20,106 bases of DNA from Octopus sinensis (Eukaryota), in contig NW_021824015.1 of assembly GCF_006345805.1 (NCBI RefSeq), positions 1-20,106 on the forward strand. Reading direction: 5' to 3'. The notes below the pieces were generated by a model. That model was not told the origin of the DNA. It did no database searches and worked only from the letters and a program-made list of their open reading frames with translations. Positions 19,843 through 20,106 of the stretch are shown here, one piece after another; positions within the stretch are counted from its first letter, which is position 1; each line of letters begins with the position of its first letter. The position numbers and the translations under genes are program-made.

Positions 19843-20106
19843 ATCATCATCATCATCGTTTAACGTCCGTTCTCCATGCTAGCATGGGTTGGACGGTTCG
19901 ACCGAGGATCTGAGAAGCCAGAAGGCTGCACCATACTCCAGTCTGATCTGGCAGTGTTTCTACGGCTGGAGGCCCTTCCTAACGCCAACCACTCCGTGAG
20001 TGTAGTGGATGCTTTTTACGTGCCACTGACACAAGTGCCAGGTGAGGCTGGCAACGGCCACGATCTGATTGGTGCTTTTTAGGTGCCACTGGCACGGAAG
20101 CCAGTC
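19843..20106 (-). mobile_element. RTE-type LINE 3' end, continuing beyond the window
   Basis: (GAT)n tail, same family as 17718-17982, with the internal tttta(c/g)gtgccactg unit present twice. Confidence 0.75.

Overview
AT-rich, repeat-saturated, essentially non-coding eukaryotic DNA (intronic or intergenic). The repeat families look like those I recall from Octopus/cephalopod genomes; this is recall, not a database result. No protein-coding gene can be supported: nearly every listed ORF lies in a microsatellite or a SINE copy. The window holds about 10 copies or fragments of one tRNA-derived SINE (family A), three other SINE families (B, C, D; labels are mine), four RTE-type LINE 3' ends, a complete TTAA-flanked piggyBac-type MITE, several hAT-type MITE fragments and long TA, CTT, AAT and CT microsatellites. 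The most notable structures are: (1) a ~1 kb hierarchical 26/52/103-bp minisatellite expanded inside an RTE LINE 3' UTR, carrying 15 phased TGCACTC motifs; (2) a decayed minimal hammerhead-ribozyme fold in a TA-flanked Penelope-like remnant, with weaker relics in two other TA-flanked elements; (3) a head-to-tail triple SINE array that is a mosaic of two subfamilies. I find no convincing evidence of a wholly new system; the best leads concern transposon and RNA biology.
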